A DNA stretch of 64,000 nt from Candidatus Bathyarchaeota archaeon (GCA_043826455.1 JBDRQD010000055.1:19380-83379), one strand, 5' to 3'. Counted from the stretch's first letter, positions 48,555-58,881 are shown. Made by a program: numbers and translations. Notes: generated by a model not told the origin, from the letters alone.

Positions 48555-49649
48555 ATGGGTATACCCGAGAAGATCAAACAGATCGAGGAGGAGATGCGCC
48601 GCACCCAGATCAACAAGGCCACAGAGCGGCACCTCGGGGTACTCAAGGCCAGACTCGCCAGACTCAAACGCATGCAGGAAGAGCAAGCCTCCAAAGGAGG
48701 CGGAGGCGACGACGGCTACAGCGTCAAGAAGGACGGCGACGCCACCGTGGTGCTCCTCGGCCTACCCAGCGTCGGCAAGTCCACCCTCCTCAACCACCTC
48801 ACCCGCAGCAACAGCAAGGTGGCAGCATACGACTTCACCACCCTCACAGTCATCCCCGGCATACTCAACCACAAGGGCGCCAGGGTACAAATCTTGGACA
48901 TCCCCGGCATCATCAAGGGCGCATCAGAGGGCAAGGGCCTAGGCAAGCGCGTCCTATCCGCCACCCGCAGCGCCGACCTCCTGCTGGTGATGCTGGACGT
49001 CTTCAACCCCGACGCCAAGGAGCTGCTCCTGGACGAGGTCCGCGCCATCGGCATAAGGCCCGACGCCACCCACCCCAGGGTCACAATAGAGAAGCGGTCC
49101 TCGGGCGGAGTCACCGTCACCGACCTGGTGGGCGCCACCCACGTGGACGAGGAGGGCGTCAAGCAAGTCCTCCGGGAGTACGGCCAACCCAACGCCCACG
49201 TGATGCTCCGCGAGGACATCACCTACGACCAGCTCATCGACGTCCTCATGAAGAACCGCATCTACATCCCGACGCTCACGGTGGTCAACAAGATCGACAT
49301 GGTGGACCAGAGCTACCTCACAGACCTCAAAGAGTCACTGAACTTCCCCTTCCTGCCCATCAGCGCCGACAACGACGTCAACCTAGACCAGCTCAAGGAC
49401 CAGATATTCAGGAAACTCGACTTCATACGAATATACATGATGCCCAAAGGCGAGAAACCCGACTACCAGGAACCCATGATCATCCGCAACGGCGCCACCG
49501 TGGAGGACATCGCAGACAAGGTCCACAGGAAACTCAAGGACGAGCTACGCTACACCCGCATATGGGGCAGAAGCGTCAGGTTCGGCGGCCAGAAGGTGAG
49601 CCTCACCCACCCACCCATGGACGAGGACATAATCACCTTCTACTCGTAA
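48555..49649 (+). CDS. DRG/OBG-family GTPase with TGS domain
   Basis: NKATE.H, G.PSVGKST, YDFTTL, DIPG, NKID, TGS C-terminus. Confidence 0.95.
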   Translation: MGIPEKIKQIEEEMRRTQINKATERHLGVLKARLARLKRMQEEQASKGGGGDDGYSVKKDGDATVVLLGLPSVGKSTLLNHLTRSNSKVAAYDFTTLTVIPGILNHKGARVQILDIPGIIKGASEGKGLGKRVLSATRSADLLLVMLDVFNPDAKELLLDEVRAIGIRPDATHPRVTIEKRSSGGVTVTDLVGATHVDEEGVKQVLREYGQPNAHVMLREDITYDQLIDVLMKNRIYIPTLTVVNKIDMVDQSYLTDLKESLNFPFLPISADNDVNLDQLKDQIFRKLDFIRIYMMPKGEKPDYQEPMIIRNGATVEDIADKVHRKLKDELRYTRIWGRSVRFGGQKVSLTHPPMDEDIITFYS

Positions 49650-49929
49650 CCGGATCACCCGGGCAGCCAGCCAAACCCAACCCGAAAACCACACTCCTCC
49701 ACGCATCCACAAGGCCACCCTCCGACAAGCAGCACCCCGCGGCGGACACCGCCACCCACCGCCACCCACCACCACCGCCTAAGAACCCCGAAAAAGCCTC
49801 CAAACCACAAAACAAGCCAGAAAACAGGGAATCGCGGTGGCGGTGACGGGACCCCCCCTCCCCCCCACATGCACGCACACACAAACACAACAAGAAACAA
49901 ACCCCGGAAGCTCAAAGAAAATAAAGACA
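49650..49929. other. Low-complexity C/A-rich intergenic tract
   Basis: Runs such as CCACCACC and ACAAACACAACAAG, very few T on the + strand. Confidence 0.6.
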
Positions 49930-50418
49930 CTACTGCCTACTCAAATAGATCAATATCGTAGACGCCACCGTCGTAAACAGATCCGGCAAATAATTAAAAT
50001 ACTGAACCACCGCCACCCCCGAACCCCCACCCGAAAAGCTCAACAGCACAGGATTAGTGAACAAACTATAACTCAGCAACGCACCGCTCAGGAACACCAG
50101 CCCCAGAGTGAACCCCGCCTTAGTCTTCCTGTACATATCCATATAAGTCGCGAACAGATAAACCAACAACACCGTGTTCACCAAACCAATCAATATCTTA
50201 CCCCTCATGAACGACGCCAGCTGACCACTCAACGCCCTCAACTGCTCGTAGCTCAAGTCCTCCAGCCGGGGATCCACAAGTATCCTAGGATCATCCAGCA
50301 GCCTGAACAGGATGTCCTCCTCGCTAGGCAACACCCACGCCAAGCTAGCCTGTATGCTCACCACAAAGTATAGGGCCATGATGGCCACCGCCACCTGCTG
50401 CTTCCTGTTCATCTGCAA
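49930..50418 (-). CDS. Hypothetical membrane protein
   Basis: ~4 TMs; Y..MYRKTKA.FTLGL; directly downstream of the wHTH gene. Confidence 0.7.
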   Translation of the reverse strand: MQMNRKQQVAVAIMALYFVVSIQASLAWVLPSEEDILFRLLDDPRILVDPRLEDLSYEQLRALSGQLASFMRGKILIGLVNTVLLVYLFATYMDMYRKTKAGFTLGLVFLSGALLSYSLFTNPVLLSFSGGGSGVAVVQYFNYLPDLFTTVASTILIYLSRQ

Positions 50419-50419
50419 C

Positions 50420-50746
50420 CTACACGCCTCCACCATCACTATTATCCGTTGTTCCAATTCTCTTCAGAATCTCTTCAAAATCCCCGTAGGACTCATCCAG
50501 CTCCGCCGACACGAAGTACATCTTCCCGTACCGCTTACCCAGGGTCGTCACCAGCCCGTTCTTCTCCAGGATATCCATGTGGTGCCGGACGGTACGGTAG
50601 TCCACCCCCAGCACGTCGCACAGCTGGTTGGCGTTCATGGGCTCCTCCCGGATGGCCACTATGATCCTGGCCCGGTTCTCCCCGCCCCGGCTACCAGCGA
50701 TGAGCCACTGCAGCACATGCTTGAGGTACCGGTTCCTGGAGGACAC
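50420..50746 (-). CDS. ArsR-like winged-helix transcription regulator
   Basis: WLIAGSRGG.NRARII, P.NANQL...L.VDYRTVRHH...L. Confidence 0.88.
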   Translation of the reverse strand: MSSRNRYLKHVLQWLIAGSRGGENRARIIVAIREEPMNANQLCDVLGVDYRTVRHHMDILEKNGLVTTLGKRYGKMYFVSAELDESYGDFEEILKRIGTTDNSDGGGV

Positions 50747-51217
50747 ACTACAACCCCACAGTATGGGCATACTCATGCGAATGGGGTTTTAAAGCATGCT
50801 GCATACTGAAGAGATTCTGATCAAATTATGAAGAGATACTGAAAAACCGTTTAAAACCCGTCCACGGCAAGGACACCCATGCAGAAGGACGAGCCCCAGG
50901 AGAGAAGCCCCACGCCCCCACGGCCCTGGAGCGGGCCCTGAGGGCCCTGAGCCTCGCCATGAGGAACCTGAAACAGGTGGAGGCTCCGTACCTGGAGCCA
51001 GCGTAGGAGGAAGCACGGTGAACTGGGAGCAGATGTATGCCGCAGTTAGAACCCCGAAGAGCATCCTGCTCCCAGATCATACCCCAGCCGGAGGATCAAG
51101 TTTACGATTGGCCCCGCCTCTTTCTTATCGATGCTTAGTTCTCAACAACCATCAGTATAAACCCCTGAATCCCCGCGGCGCGCAATGGTTGTCAGACTCG
51201 GCTAGGAGGAAGCGTCC

Positions 51218-52432
51218 GTGAACATACTCGACGTAGCACGCATGTCAGTTGAGGGGCTTAGCGAGAGAAGGTTCAGGTTCGCCCTTAACCTATTGGGTAT
51301 CCTCATAGGGTGCGCCGCTATAACAGGGTTAATCGCCTTGACTCAGGGGATGAGTGTGGAGATTAACAGCCAGCTAGGGTCGCTGGGCACCCAGACGATC
51401 ACTGTGTTGCCTAATGCCCAGATGGGTATGGGTGGAGGAAGTAGTATGGGTGGAGGCTCAACCAGGAACACCGTGGTGCTGGACTGGAGGACAGTTAACG
51501 TAATCGAGAAGATTAACGGCGTGAGGGAGGTCTCACCCGTAAGCTCTGGGGGGACCATCAATTACCAGGTTAGGGGCTCTACTTACTACGCCTCCGTGAC
51601 TGGGGTAACCGAGAGCTACTTCAAGGTAAATGAAGCCCTAGAGGTCTCAAGGGGTAGGACCCTTATAAGAAGCGACTCGGCTTCAGCGGTGATCGGGTCT
51701 AGTATAGCTAACCCACTTGGCAGCGAACAGTCGGTCCTGAAGATAGGGGACAGGATCAAGGTGACGGCGAACGTCAGGGGGGTCCAGAAGGAGATGACTC
51801 TACGGATCATCGGGGTGATTAAAGAGTCGGGGACTGTGTTTCAGAGCTCAGACAGCATGATACTCATTCCCATAAGGACGTATGAGCAGTTCTTTGAGAC
51901 CGGCAGCGTCTACTCCAGCATACAGGTGATGGTTGCCAGCCCAGACGCGGTGGAGGACGTGGCCGAGGCGATTAAGGAGAATATCAGGGGGGTGACCGCG
52001 CTAACGGCGGCTGCAGCTATGGAGATGATGGGTAGCATCATCGGCACCATAAACGCTGTGCTGGGGGGCATCGCAGGCATCAGCCTGCTGGTGGCGGGCG
52101 TGGGCATCATCAACACTATGACGGTGAGCGTCCTGGAGCGCACCAAGGAGATAGGCACCCTGAAAGCCATAGGGGCCAAGAGCGGAGACGTCCTCATGCT
52201 TTTCCTCAGCGAGGCCGTGATGACGGGGATAATAGGCGGGGCCCTGGGCGCTGTCGCCGGGTTCGGCCTAAGCCACCTCGTCGCCGGCTACGTGGGGATA
52301 AGCTCGGCCCCCTCAGCCGACCTGGGAGCCCTCATCGTGGGGTTCGCTGTGGTCACATGCGTCGTCTCGGGCCTGTACCCGGCGTGGAGAGCGTCAAAGC
52401 TGAACCCGGTGGAGGCGCTGCGTCATGAGTGA
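51218..52432 (+). CDS. ABC transporter permease (MacB/FtsX family)
   Basis: L.LLGI.IG, GIINTM..SV.ERTKEIG.LKAIGA, YPAWRASKLNPVEALR. Confidence 0.93.
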   Translation: MNILDVARMSVEGLSERRFRFALNLLGILIGCAAITGLIALTQGMSVEINSQLGSLGTQTITVLPNAQMGMGGGSSMGGGSTRNTVVLDWRTVNVIEKINGVREVSPVSSGGTINYQVRGSTYYASVTGVTESYFKVNEALEVSRGRTLIRSDSASAVIGSSIANPLGSEQSVLKIGDRIKVTANVRGVQKEMTLRIIGVIKESGTVFQSSDSMILIPIRTYEQFFETGSVYSSIQVMVASPDAVEDVAEAIKENIRGVTALTAAAAMEMMGSIIGTINAVLGGIAGISLLVAGVGIINTMTVSVLERTKEIGTLKAIGAKSGDVLMLFLSEAVMTGIIGGALGAVAGFGLSHLVAGYVGISSAPSADLGALIVGFAVVTCVVSGLYPAWRASKLNPVEALRHE

Positions 52433-52550
52433 GAACAAGGCGGAGAAGACACCAGTGAAAGCTGAGGAGTCTAACAGTTTAGCGGAGTACCTGCTGGGTG
52501 AGGAGGGCGGGGAGTGGCTTTGGCTTCTGGCGCCACTCCTGGTCAGGTGA
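52425..52550 (+). pseudogene. Short 41-aa ORF overlapping the permease stop, probably a truncated membrane-protein gene
   Basis: ATG at 52425 overlaps the permease 3' end; ...SLAEYLL....EWLWLL then an early stop. Confidence 0.4.
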
Positions 52551-52600
52551 GCCGCCTCCAGTTTTTATATCTGCGTGCGTACCTTTTATCCGGTTTCTGT

Positions 52601-53734
52601 ATGTCTGAAGGCGAGTTTCAGGCTGAGGTGTCCGTTGACCAAGACTACTTCAAGGAGAAGACAGGCCTCAGCCTCCGAGAGCAGTACATTAAACATCACC
52701 CTCAGGTTCTCAGCGGCTTTGAGGAGGACATGGAGCGGGTGTGGGGCCGCAAATGGAAGGCCAACACCAACGTGGGCAAGCTCAGAGTGGTGCTCCTGCA
52801 CAGCCCCGGCAGAGAGTTTCTTTCGATAGGTAAGCCCACGCCGTGGCCGCCCCACGGCACAAGCCTGCCCCAGTGGCGGATGAGCGAGAAGATGAGCCTG
52901 GAGGAGCTCCAGCTGCACCACCAGAACCTAGTGGACGCATACAGGGCGGAGGGGGTGGAGGTGGTCATCAGGAAGCCGGAGACCAATGATCCGCCGTACC
53001 AGGTGAAGGCCATCTACACGGACGATGTGTGCCACCCAGCAGTCTACGGGCAGGTGATCCTCAGGATGTACGACCACATGAGGAGGGGCGAGGAGCTGTT
53101 CACCTACCAGACCCTGGCTGAGCTAGGCTGCCCCGTCGTCAGCATGATCCAGGACAGGGGCATGGCTGAGGGGGGTAGCATAGGCTGGCTGGACGAGAAG
53201 CACCTTGTGATAGCGGTTCATTTTCCGAGGGTCAACACACGTGAGCCCGCTGTGATGAGGGCTAACGAGTCGGGGCACGTTCAGTTCGCTAACATCGTCA
53301 AGCTGCAGGACCCTGAGGTGGATGTGCGGATCTGTCCGGGGTACGGCACCAGCCTGGGAGTCAGCCACTACAGCTTGGTGGACAGGCACACCAGCGTCCA
53401 GGACCCCCGGTCCGTTGACCCGTACCTGAGGGACTGGATGGAGACCGAGATGGGGTGGAGGTTCATCGATCCGCCGGACGAGGTGTGCGTCAAGGTGCAC
53501 ACCGGGGACCCGAGGATGCCGGTGGTGAGGCGTGCGCCCAACACGGGGGTGGTCCTTGAGCCCAGGAAGATACTGGTGCCCGCGGGCAACCCGAGGGCTA
53601 CCAAGTGGTTCGAGGGCCTGGGGATCGAGGTAGTGGAGGTGGAGGTGGGTACCCTGGTCCGGCCCCGGAACAGCGGCAGCATCAAGTGCACCTGCGGCGG
53701 CATCATGAGGGACCCTGAGCCCAAGGGCTACTAG
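52601..53734 (+). CDS. Pentein superfamily (amidinotransferase/arginine deiminase-like) protein, divergent
   Basis: G.LR.VLLH.PG.E, H..L..A....GVEV, R.GEE, EGG, N......KI, GS.KC. Confidence 0.8.
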   Translation: MSEGEFQAEVSVDQDYFKEKTGLSLREQYIKHHPQVLSGFEEDMERVWGRKWKANTNVGKLRVVLLHSPGREFLSIGKPTPWPPHGTSLPQWRMSEKMSLEELQLHHQNLVDAYRAEGVEVVIRKPETNDPPYQVKAIYTDDVCHPAVYGQVILRMYDHMRRGEELFTYQTLAELGCPVVSMIQDRGMAEGGSIGWLDEKHLVIAVHFPRVNTREPAVMRANESGHVQFANIVKLQDPEVDVRICPGYGTSLGVSHYSLVDRHTSVQDPRSVDPYLRDWMETEMGWRFIDPPDEVCVKVHTGDPRMPVVRRAPNTGVVLEPRKILVPAGNPRATKWFEGLGIEVVEVEVGTLVRPRNSGSIKCTCGGIMRDPEPKGY

Positions 53735-53800
53735 TGTCTCCTCACTCTCCATGATCGTTGTTGACGAAGATTTTTGTTAACAATGGACGTTGACTGGGGC

Positions 53801-54274
53801 ATGGGTGACGCCAAGCTTCTTTCACGGTGCGGCATATACTGCGGCGCCTGCTACGTGTACAGGGCCGAGAGGGACGGAGGCGAGTACCTGAGGAGGGTGG
53901 CAGAGTGGCAGAAGGTGAGGCCCGAGGAGGTTCACTGCGTGGGCTGCGGCGGCCTCGAGGAGGAGATGTGGGTCAACTGCCGCCTCTGCCCCGTGCGGGG
54001 GTGCCTGGACGAGAAAGGGTACGTGACATGCTCAGAGTGCGAGGAGTATACGGGCTGCTCCTGTGAGAGGTATGAGGGGCTCGCGGCTTTCTGCTCGAAG
54101 CGGGGCGAGGATGTACGGGCCTCGGTGGCATGGCTGAGCCGCGACCCCGAGGGGTGGCTCGTAAAGATGGGTGAGAGGTGGAGGTGCGCTTCCTGTGGAC
54201 AGATGATCTCATGGTATGATGAGGTGTGCCACAGCTGTGGCGCCGACCTGGGGAGAACTGATCTTAGGCCTTAG
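53801..54274 (+). CDS. DUF3795-like Cys-rich protein with C-terminal zinc ribbon
   Basis: [13 protein letters not shown].....C, C..C.E; CASCG...C.SCG. Confidence 0.8.
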   Translation: MGDAKLLSRCGIYCGACYVYRAERDGGEYLRRVAEWQKVRPEEVHCVGCGGLEEEMWVNCRLCPVRGCLDEKGYVTCSECEEYTGCSCERYEGLAAFCSKRGEDVRASVAWLSRDPEGWLVKMGERWRCASCGQMISWYDEVCHSCGADLGRTDLRP

Positions 54275-54704
54275 CCTGTTCTTCTTTCTGTTTTATGAGC
54301 TTCTCGGTCAGCTCTGGGTCGTTTAGGGCGAGTATCTGGGCGGCGAGGAGGGCGGCGTTCCTGGCGTTGTCTATGCCCACTGTTGCTACGGGGACGCCTG
54401 GGGGCATCTGGGTGATGCTGAGGAGGCTATCCAGGCCCATGAGTTTGGCGTCCTTGGGTACGCCTATTACTGGTTTTATTGTGTGGGCGGCTACTGCGCC
54501 TGGTAGGGCGGCGGATAAGCCGGCTATGCATATGTAGATCTTGGCGGGGCTGTCTCTGATGTAGCTGATGAGCTTGTCGGGGCTGCGGTGGGCCGAGATG
54601 ACTTGCTGGTCGTAGGCTATGCCTAGCTCCTTGAGGGTCTGGGCGGCCTTGTCTGATAGTTCCTGGTCTGATTTGCTTCCGGCTATTATGGCTACATTGG
54701 GCAT
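54264..54704 (-). CDS. purE: N5-CAIR mutase
   Basis: [43 protein letters not shown]. Confidence 0.95.
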   Translation of the reverse strand: MPNVAIIAGSKSDQELSDKAAQTLKELGIAYDQQVISAHRSPDKLISYIRDSPAKIYICIAGLSAALPGAVAAHTIKPVIGVPKDAKLMGLDSLLSITQMPPGVPVATVGIDNARNAALLAAQILALNDPELTEKLIKQKEEQAKA

Positions 54705-54931
54705 GGTGTACCTTGTGTTGGGTGCGCCTTATTTTATTGTTGGTTTGTTCCTAGTGGCTGGGAATTGTCGATTTTTGGGGGGCTTCGGGTTTGTTACTTG
54801 TGGCTTGTAATTTGGGGAGTCTGGGGGGTTTGATGACAGCTGCGTGGAAGAATGTGATATTTTTTTGGGTTGCATTTAGCTAACTGCCTGTCTGGGTAAC
54901 GTATATTTGGGGCGGTTCCGCGGGTTCCAGG

Positions 54932-55471
54932 ATGAGTGTTGACGGCTGCGAGGTGGCTACCCTTGGGGGTGGCTGCTTCTGGTGCTCTGAGGCGGTGTTC
55001 AGTAGGCTGAGGGGTGTGGTCCGGGTGGTGCCCGGTTACAGCGGGGGCGATGTGGTGGACCCGACGTATCTGCAGGTGTGCTCTGGGCGGACGGGGCACG
55101 CTGAGGTGGTTCAGGTGGTCTTCGACCCCGAGGTGATTGGCTTCGCGGAGCTGTTGGAGGTGTTCTTCGCCACCCACGACCCTTCTACGCTTAACCGGCA
55201 GGGGGCGGACGTGGGCACCCAGTACAGGTCCGTGATCTTCTACCACGGCCCTGAGCAGAAGAAGGTCGCCGAGGAGACCATCAGGCGGCTGGAGGCGGAG
55301 GGCACATTCAGGAAGATCGTGACCCGCGTTGAGCCCTTCAAGGTGTTCTACCCCGCGGAGGGCTACCACATGAACTATTACGAGAACAACAAGAATCAAC
55401 CCTATTGCATGTTCGTCGTCGCCCCCAAGGTGGGTAAGCTACGGAGGGGCTTCGCTGAGAAGCTGAAGTGA
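54932..55471 (+). CDS. msrA: Peptide-methionine (S)-S-oxide reductase
   Basis: GGGCFWC, GYSGG, TGHAEVV, HDP...NRQG.D.GTQYRS, AE.YH..Y, YC. Confidence 0.96.
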   Translation: MSVDGCEVATLGGGCFWCSEAVFSRLRGVVRVVPGYSGGDVVDPTYLQVCSGRTGHAEVVQVVFDPEVIGFAELLEVFFATHDPSTLNRQGADVGTQYRSVIFYHGPEQKKVAEETIRRLEAEGTFRKIVTRVEPFKVFYPAEGYHMNYYENNKNQPYCMFVVAPKVGKLRRGFAEKLK

Positions 55472-55649
55472 GTGTAATCCACACATCGTAGATGCGTGTG
55501 AGATGCGGTGAGGTTAGCACATGCTACACTTAGTATCTCAGGGAATGCTTGAGTACCAGGCAACGTCCTTGCTGGCGTAACTCCTAATCGTCACAGTCAT
55601 CGGTTGAGCTAAAAGAACATACATGGTCAAGAATAACCAGTGAGGCCGG

Positions 55650-55670
55650 TTGACAAAATTTTTTTGTCAA
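55650..55670. terminator. Perfect palindrome TTGACAAAA-TTT-TTTTGTCAA downstream of purQ (terminator or protein-binding site)
   Basis: Read directly; lies between convergent msrA and purQ. Confidence 0.45.
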
Positions 55671-55696
55671 AAAACGTGATTCAAAAACGGTTAGGG

Positions 55697-56512
55697 TTAG
55701 AACCTCTTCTCCACGTAGTCCACAATGGACTTGAAGAAGGGGTAACCGTCCCCGTGCTCAGGTGGAGCTCCCCCCCTTGTCCACTCCGGCATCAGGTACC
55801 CGTAGAAGGCCCGCTCAGGGTGAGGCATCAACCCCAGGACCGTGCCCTCAGGGTTGCAGATGCCAGCTATATCATGGTAAGCCCCGTTGGGGTTCTCAGG
55901 CCAGTCGAGCTCCGCGAAGCTCCCGTCCGCCCGGACGTACCGCCACACCAGCATATCCAAGTCGTACAGCCTTTGTAGAAGCTCCTTCCGCCTGTCGGGA
56001 GGCAGTATGAACCGGCCCTCCCCGTGAGCCACAGGGCATTGAAGGACGAAGCCCGGCTTCAAGCCGCCCAGCATGCCACAGTTGCCCTCGCCAACGTACC
56101 GCATCCTGATCCACCTGTTCTGGTACCCGTGGGTGCTGTTGCCCAGCGCAGCCTCAGGGTACATGCTCTTACCCTCCCAGCCCGGCAGGAAACCCATCTC
56201 CACCAGCTGCTGGAACCCGTTGCAGATGCCGATGACCGGCTTCCCCGAGTCCACGAAAGCCTCCAGCTCTCTGCCGATCCTGTACTCGCACTCCTTGGCC
56301 CAGATTGCCCCCGAGCGCACGTAGTCGCCGTAGCTGAAGCCCCCGGGGAACACTAGGATGTCGTACTTTTCCAGGTTCCTGTCTCTGAATATCTTTTGTG
56401 TGTGGATCAAGTCTACTTTGGGTCCCAGGTCCCTGAAGCTGCGCACCGCCTCCAGGTCGCAGTTGGTGCCCGGGGCCCGCATCAGCAGCACCCGCATGTC
56501 TTCCCGCTTCAT
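55697..56512 (-). CDS. purQ: FGAM synthase glutaminase subunit
   Basis: PGTNCD, PGGFSYGD, GICNGFQ, AHGEG, NPNG, MPHPER. Confidence 0.97.
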   Translation of the reverse strand: MKREDMRVLLMRAPGTNCDLEAVRSFRDLGPKVDLIHTQKIFRDRNLEKYDILVFPGGFSYGDYVRSGAIWAKECEYRIGRELEAFVDSGKPVIGICNGFQQLVEMGFLPGWEGKSMYPEAALGNSTHGYQNRWIRMRYVGEGNCGMLGGLKPGFVLQCPVAHGEGRFILPPDRRKELLQRLYDLDMLVWRYVRADGSFAELDWPENPNGAYHDIAGICNPEGTVLGLMPHPERAFYGYLMPEWTRGGAPPEHGDGYPFFKSIVDYVEKRF

Positions 56513-58881
56513 CGTCTCGCCTCCAGAGGCGTCTTCCAGGCGCCAATCAACGCGTCCAGTCCCTCCTCCAGGAGCCTCTCACCGTCCTTGGTCACGGTGA
56601 GCCTCCTCTCCGTCTTCACGGCGCCGATGCAGGCGTGAGGCGAGTCGCCCATCAGCGCCTCAAACTCCTCGGTCTTGGACGCGGGCACCTCCACCAGCAG
56701 CCGCCCGTTACTCTCACTGAACAGCGCATAGTCGTCCCGCATGGACTCCGACACAGGCAGCTTACCCAGGTCCACATCGAGGCCCAGGTCGCCGGTGAAA
56801 GCCATCTCGGCCAAGGCCACGGCTAGGCCTCCTTCGCTGCAGTCGTGGCACGCCCGCACCAGGCCCCCGTCCATGGCCTCCAGCACCCGCCTGTACGCCT
56901 TGATGTTGGTCTCCGCGTCCACCCTGGGCACAGAGGCCCCCAGCATCCCGTGGAGCCTGAGATACTCACTGCCCCCCAGCTCTGGCTTGGTCACGCCCAC
57001 CATGTAGAGGGCGTCCCCTGCCTCCTTCAGCTCCATGCTCACGGCCTTCCTGATGTCCGGGACGATGCCCAGGGCCGTCACCAGCAGCGTCGGCGCCACC
57101 GGCCCCAGAGGGCTCTCGTTGTAGAGGCTGTCCTTACCCGACACGAAGGGGGCGCCATAGGCCTTAGCCGTGTCGTAGCAGCCTCGGCACGCGTACACAA
57201 GCTGGCCCAGCCGGTCACTGTACTCGGGGTTGCCCCACGTGAAGTTGTCCAGGAGCGCCCAGCGCCTGCCGCCGACGCAGACGCTGTTCCTCACGGCCTC
57301 GTCTATGACGCTGGCTGCCATCCAGTAGGGGTCTATCTTGCCATACCTGGGGTTGATGCCACAGGCGACGCTGATCCCCTTCCACGAATCGTCCAGGGGC
57401 TTCAGAACAGCTGCGTCGCTGGGCCCGGCCCTCCACCCCTGCAGGGGCTTGATGACGGTCTGGCCCTTCACCTCCTGGTCGTAGCGGCGCACCACCTTCT
57501 CCTTGCTGGCGATGTTATACGCCTTCAGGAGCCTGAGAAGGACCTCGCCCAGATTACCCGGCTCGGGGATGGTAGGCTCCTCCAGCTCCAGCGGAGCCCA
57601 GTCCGTCTCCCTTTCCACCCTGGGCGGATTGAAGAGGGACTCCAGTACGATGTTACCGATCTCCTCACCCATGAAATGTATCCTGGCCAGCTTCGTCTCG
57701 TTGTACTGGCCGAGGACGGTGGCCTCCACCTGCTCGTCCCTGAAAATCTGGAGGACCCTCTCCAGGTTATCCGGGTGCACGGCCAGCAGCATCCTCTCCT
57801 GGCTCTCGCTGATCCATATCTCCCAGGGCGCTATCTCAGCCGCCTTCAGGGGCACCCTATCCAGGTGCACCTCCACGCCTAGCCCGTACCTGTCAGCCGT
57901 CTCGCAGACCCCACAGCTGAGGCCGCCTCCACCGATGTCGGTGATGCCTGAGCCAAGCTTCAGCTGGCTGATCTGCTCCACTGCGCGCTTGATCTTCTCC
58001 TCCTCGATGGGGTTGGCTATCTGCACCGCGGGCCTGCTCAGCGTCTCCGAGTGCTCGGTGAGCTCGGCGGAGGCGAAGGTGACCCCGTGGATGCCGTCCA
58101 GGCCCGTCCTTCCGCCGGCCAACACAACCAGGTCCCCGGCCTTCACCTGCCTAACGTACTGGTCCTTGGGCAGGACCCCGATGCAGCCGGCGTACACCAC
58201 CACGTTCCCCGTGTAGTCCTCGTCGAAGACGGTGGCCCCGTTCACCGTGGGGATGCCTATGCTGTTGCCATAGCTGCCTATGCCGTCCACCACGCCGTTG
58301 AACAGGTACCGGGGGTGCTTCACCCCCTCAGGCAGCCGCTCGTAGGGGTAGTCGGGGGGCCCGAAGCACAGCACATCCGTGTTGGCTATGGGGTTGGCCC
58401 AGACGCCCATGATGTCCCTGATGACGCCCCCCAAGCCGGTGGCGGCGCCGCCGAAGGGCTCTATGGCTGAGGGGTGGTTGTGGGTCTCCACTTTGATGGC
58501 CACTGCCACGTCCTCGGTCAGGTCCACTATGCCGGCGTTGTCCTCGAAGACGCTGAGGCACCACTCAGGCTTTAGATCATCAATTAACTTCCTGAAGTAG
58601 GTGCTCAGGAGGCCGTCCACCACTCCCTCTGGGGTCCTGATCCTGCCCTTGAAAGTCTTGTGGCTGCAGTGCTCGCTCATGGTCTGGTCGAAGGTCTGCA
58701 GCTCGATGTCCGTGGCCTTTCGCTCCCTGAGCAGGTAGTGGTCCCTGATGTACCTGAGCTCCTCCAGCCTCAGCCCCAGGCCCAGTTGCTCGGCGACCTC
58801 CTTCAGCTCACCGTCCCCTGCGTTCATGAGGTCTACTAGGTGGTGGCTGAAGGGCTTACCGCTCGGTGTGACCCTAATCAT
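56509..58881 (-). CDS. purL: FGAM synthase synthetase subunit
   Basis: SEHCSHK, DNAG, KVETHNHPS..EPFGGA.TG.GG.IRD, SESQERM, HDCSEGG, FSES. Confidence 0.97.
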   Translation of the reverse strand: MIRVTPSGKPFSHHLVDLMNAGDGELKEVAEQLGLGLRLEELRYIRDHYLLRERKATDIELQTFDQTMSEHCSHKTFKGRIRTPEGVVDGLLSTYFRKLIDDLKPEWCLSVFEDNAGIVDLTEDVAVAIKVETHNHPSAIEPFGGAATGLGGVIRDIMGVWANPIANTDVLCFGPPDYPYERLPEGVKHPRYLFNGVVDGIGSYGNSIGIPTVNGATVFDEDYTGNVVVYAGCIGVLPKDQYVRQVKAGDLVVLAGGRTGLDGIHGVTFASAELTEHSETLSRPAVQIANPIEEEKIKRAVEQISQLKLGSGITDIGGGGLSCGVCETADRYGLGVEVHLDRVPLKAAEIAPWEIWISESQERMLLAVHPDNLERVLQIFRDEQVEATVLGQYNETKLARIHFMGEEIGNIVLESLFNPPRVERETDWAPLELEEPTIPEPGNLGEVLLRLLKAYNIASKEKVVRRYDQEVKGQTVIKPLQGWRAGPSDAAVLKPLDDSWKGISVACGINPRYGKIDPYWMAASVIDEAVRNSVCVGGRRWALLDNFTWGNPEYSDRLGQLVYACRGCYDTAKAYGAPFVSGKDSLYNESPLGPVAPTLLVTALGIVPDIRKAVSMELKEAGDALYMVGVTKPELGGSEYLRLHGMLGASVPRVDAETNIKAYRRVLEAMDGGLVRACHDCSEGGLAVALAEMAFTGDLGLDVDLGKLPVSESMRDDYALFSESNGRLLVEVPASKTEEFEALMGDSPHACIGAVKTERRLTVTKDGERLLEEGLDALIGAWKTPLEARR

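Noticed and set aside
48497..49846. 449-aa alternative-frame ORF over the DRG GTPase; similar long shadow ORFs at 7785-8837, 40965-41927 and 56845-57882
   Set aside because: Low-complexity Arg/Pro/His-rich or antisense products expected from GC3-biased coding; the overlapping frame has clear family motifs
49650..49929. Possible CRISPR or tandem repeat in the C/A-rich tract
   Set aside because: No constant repeat unit or regular spacing; low complexity only
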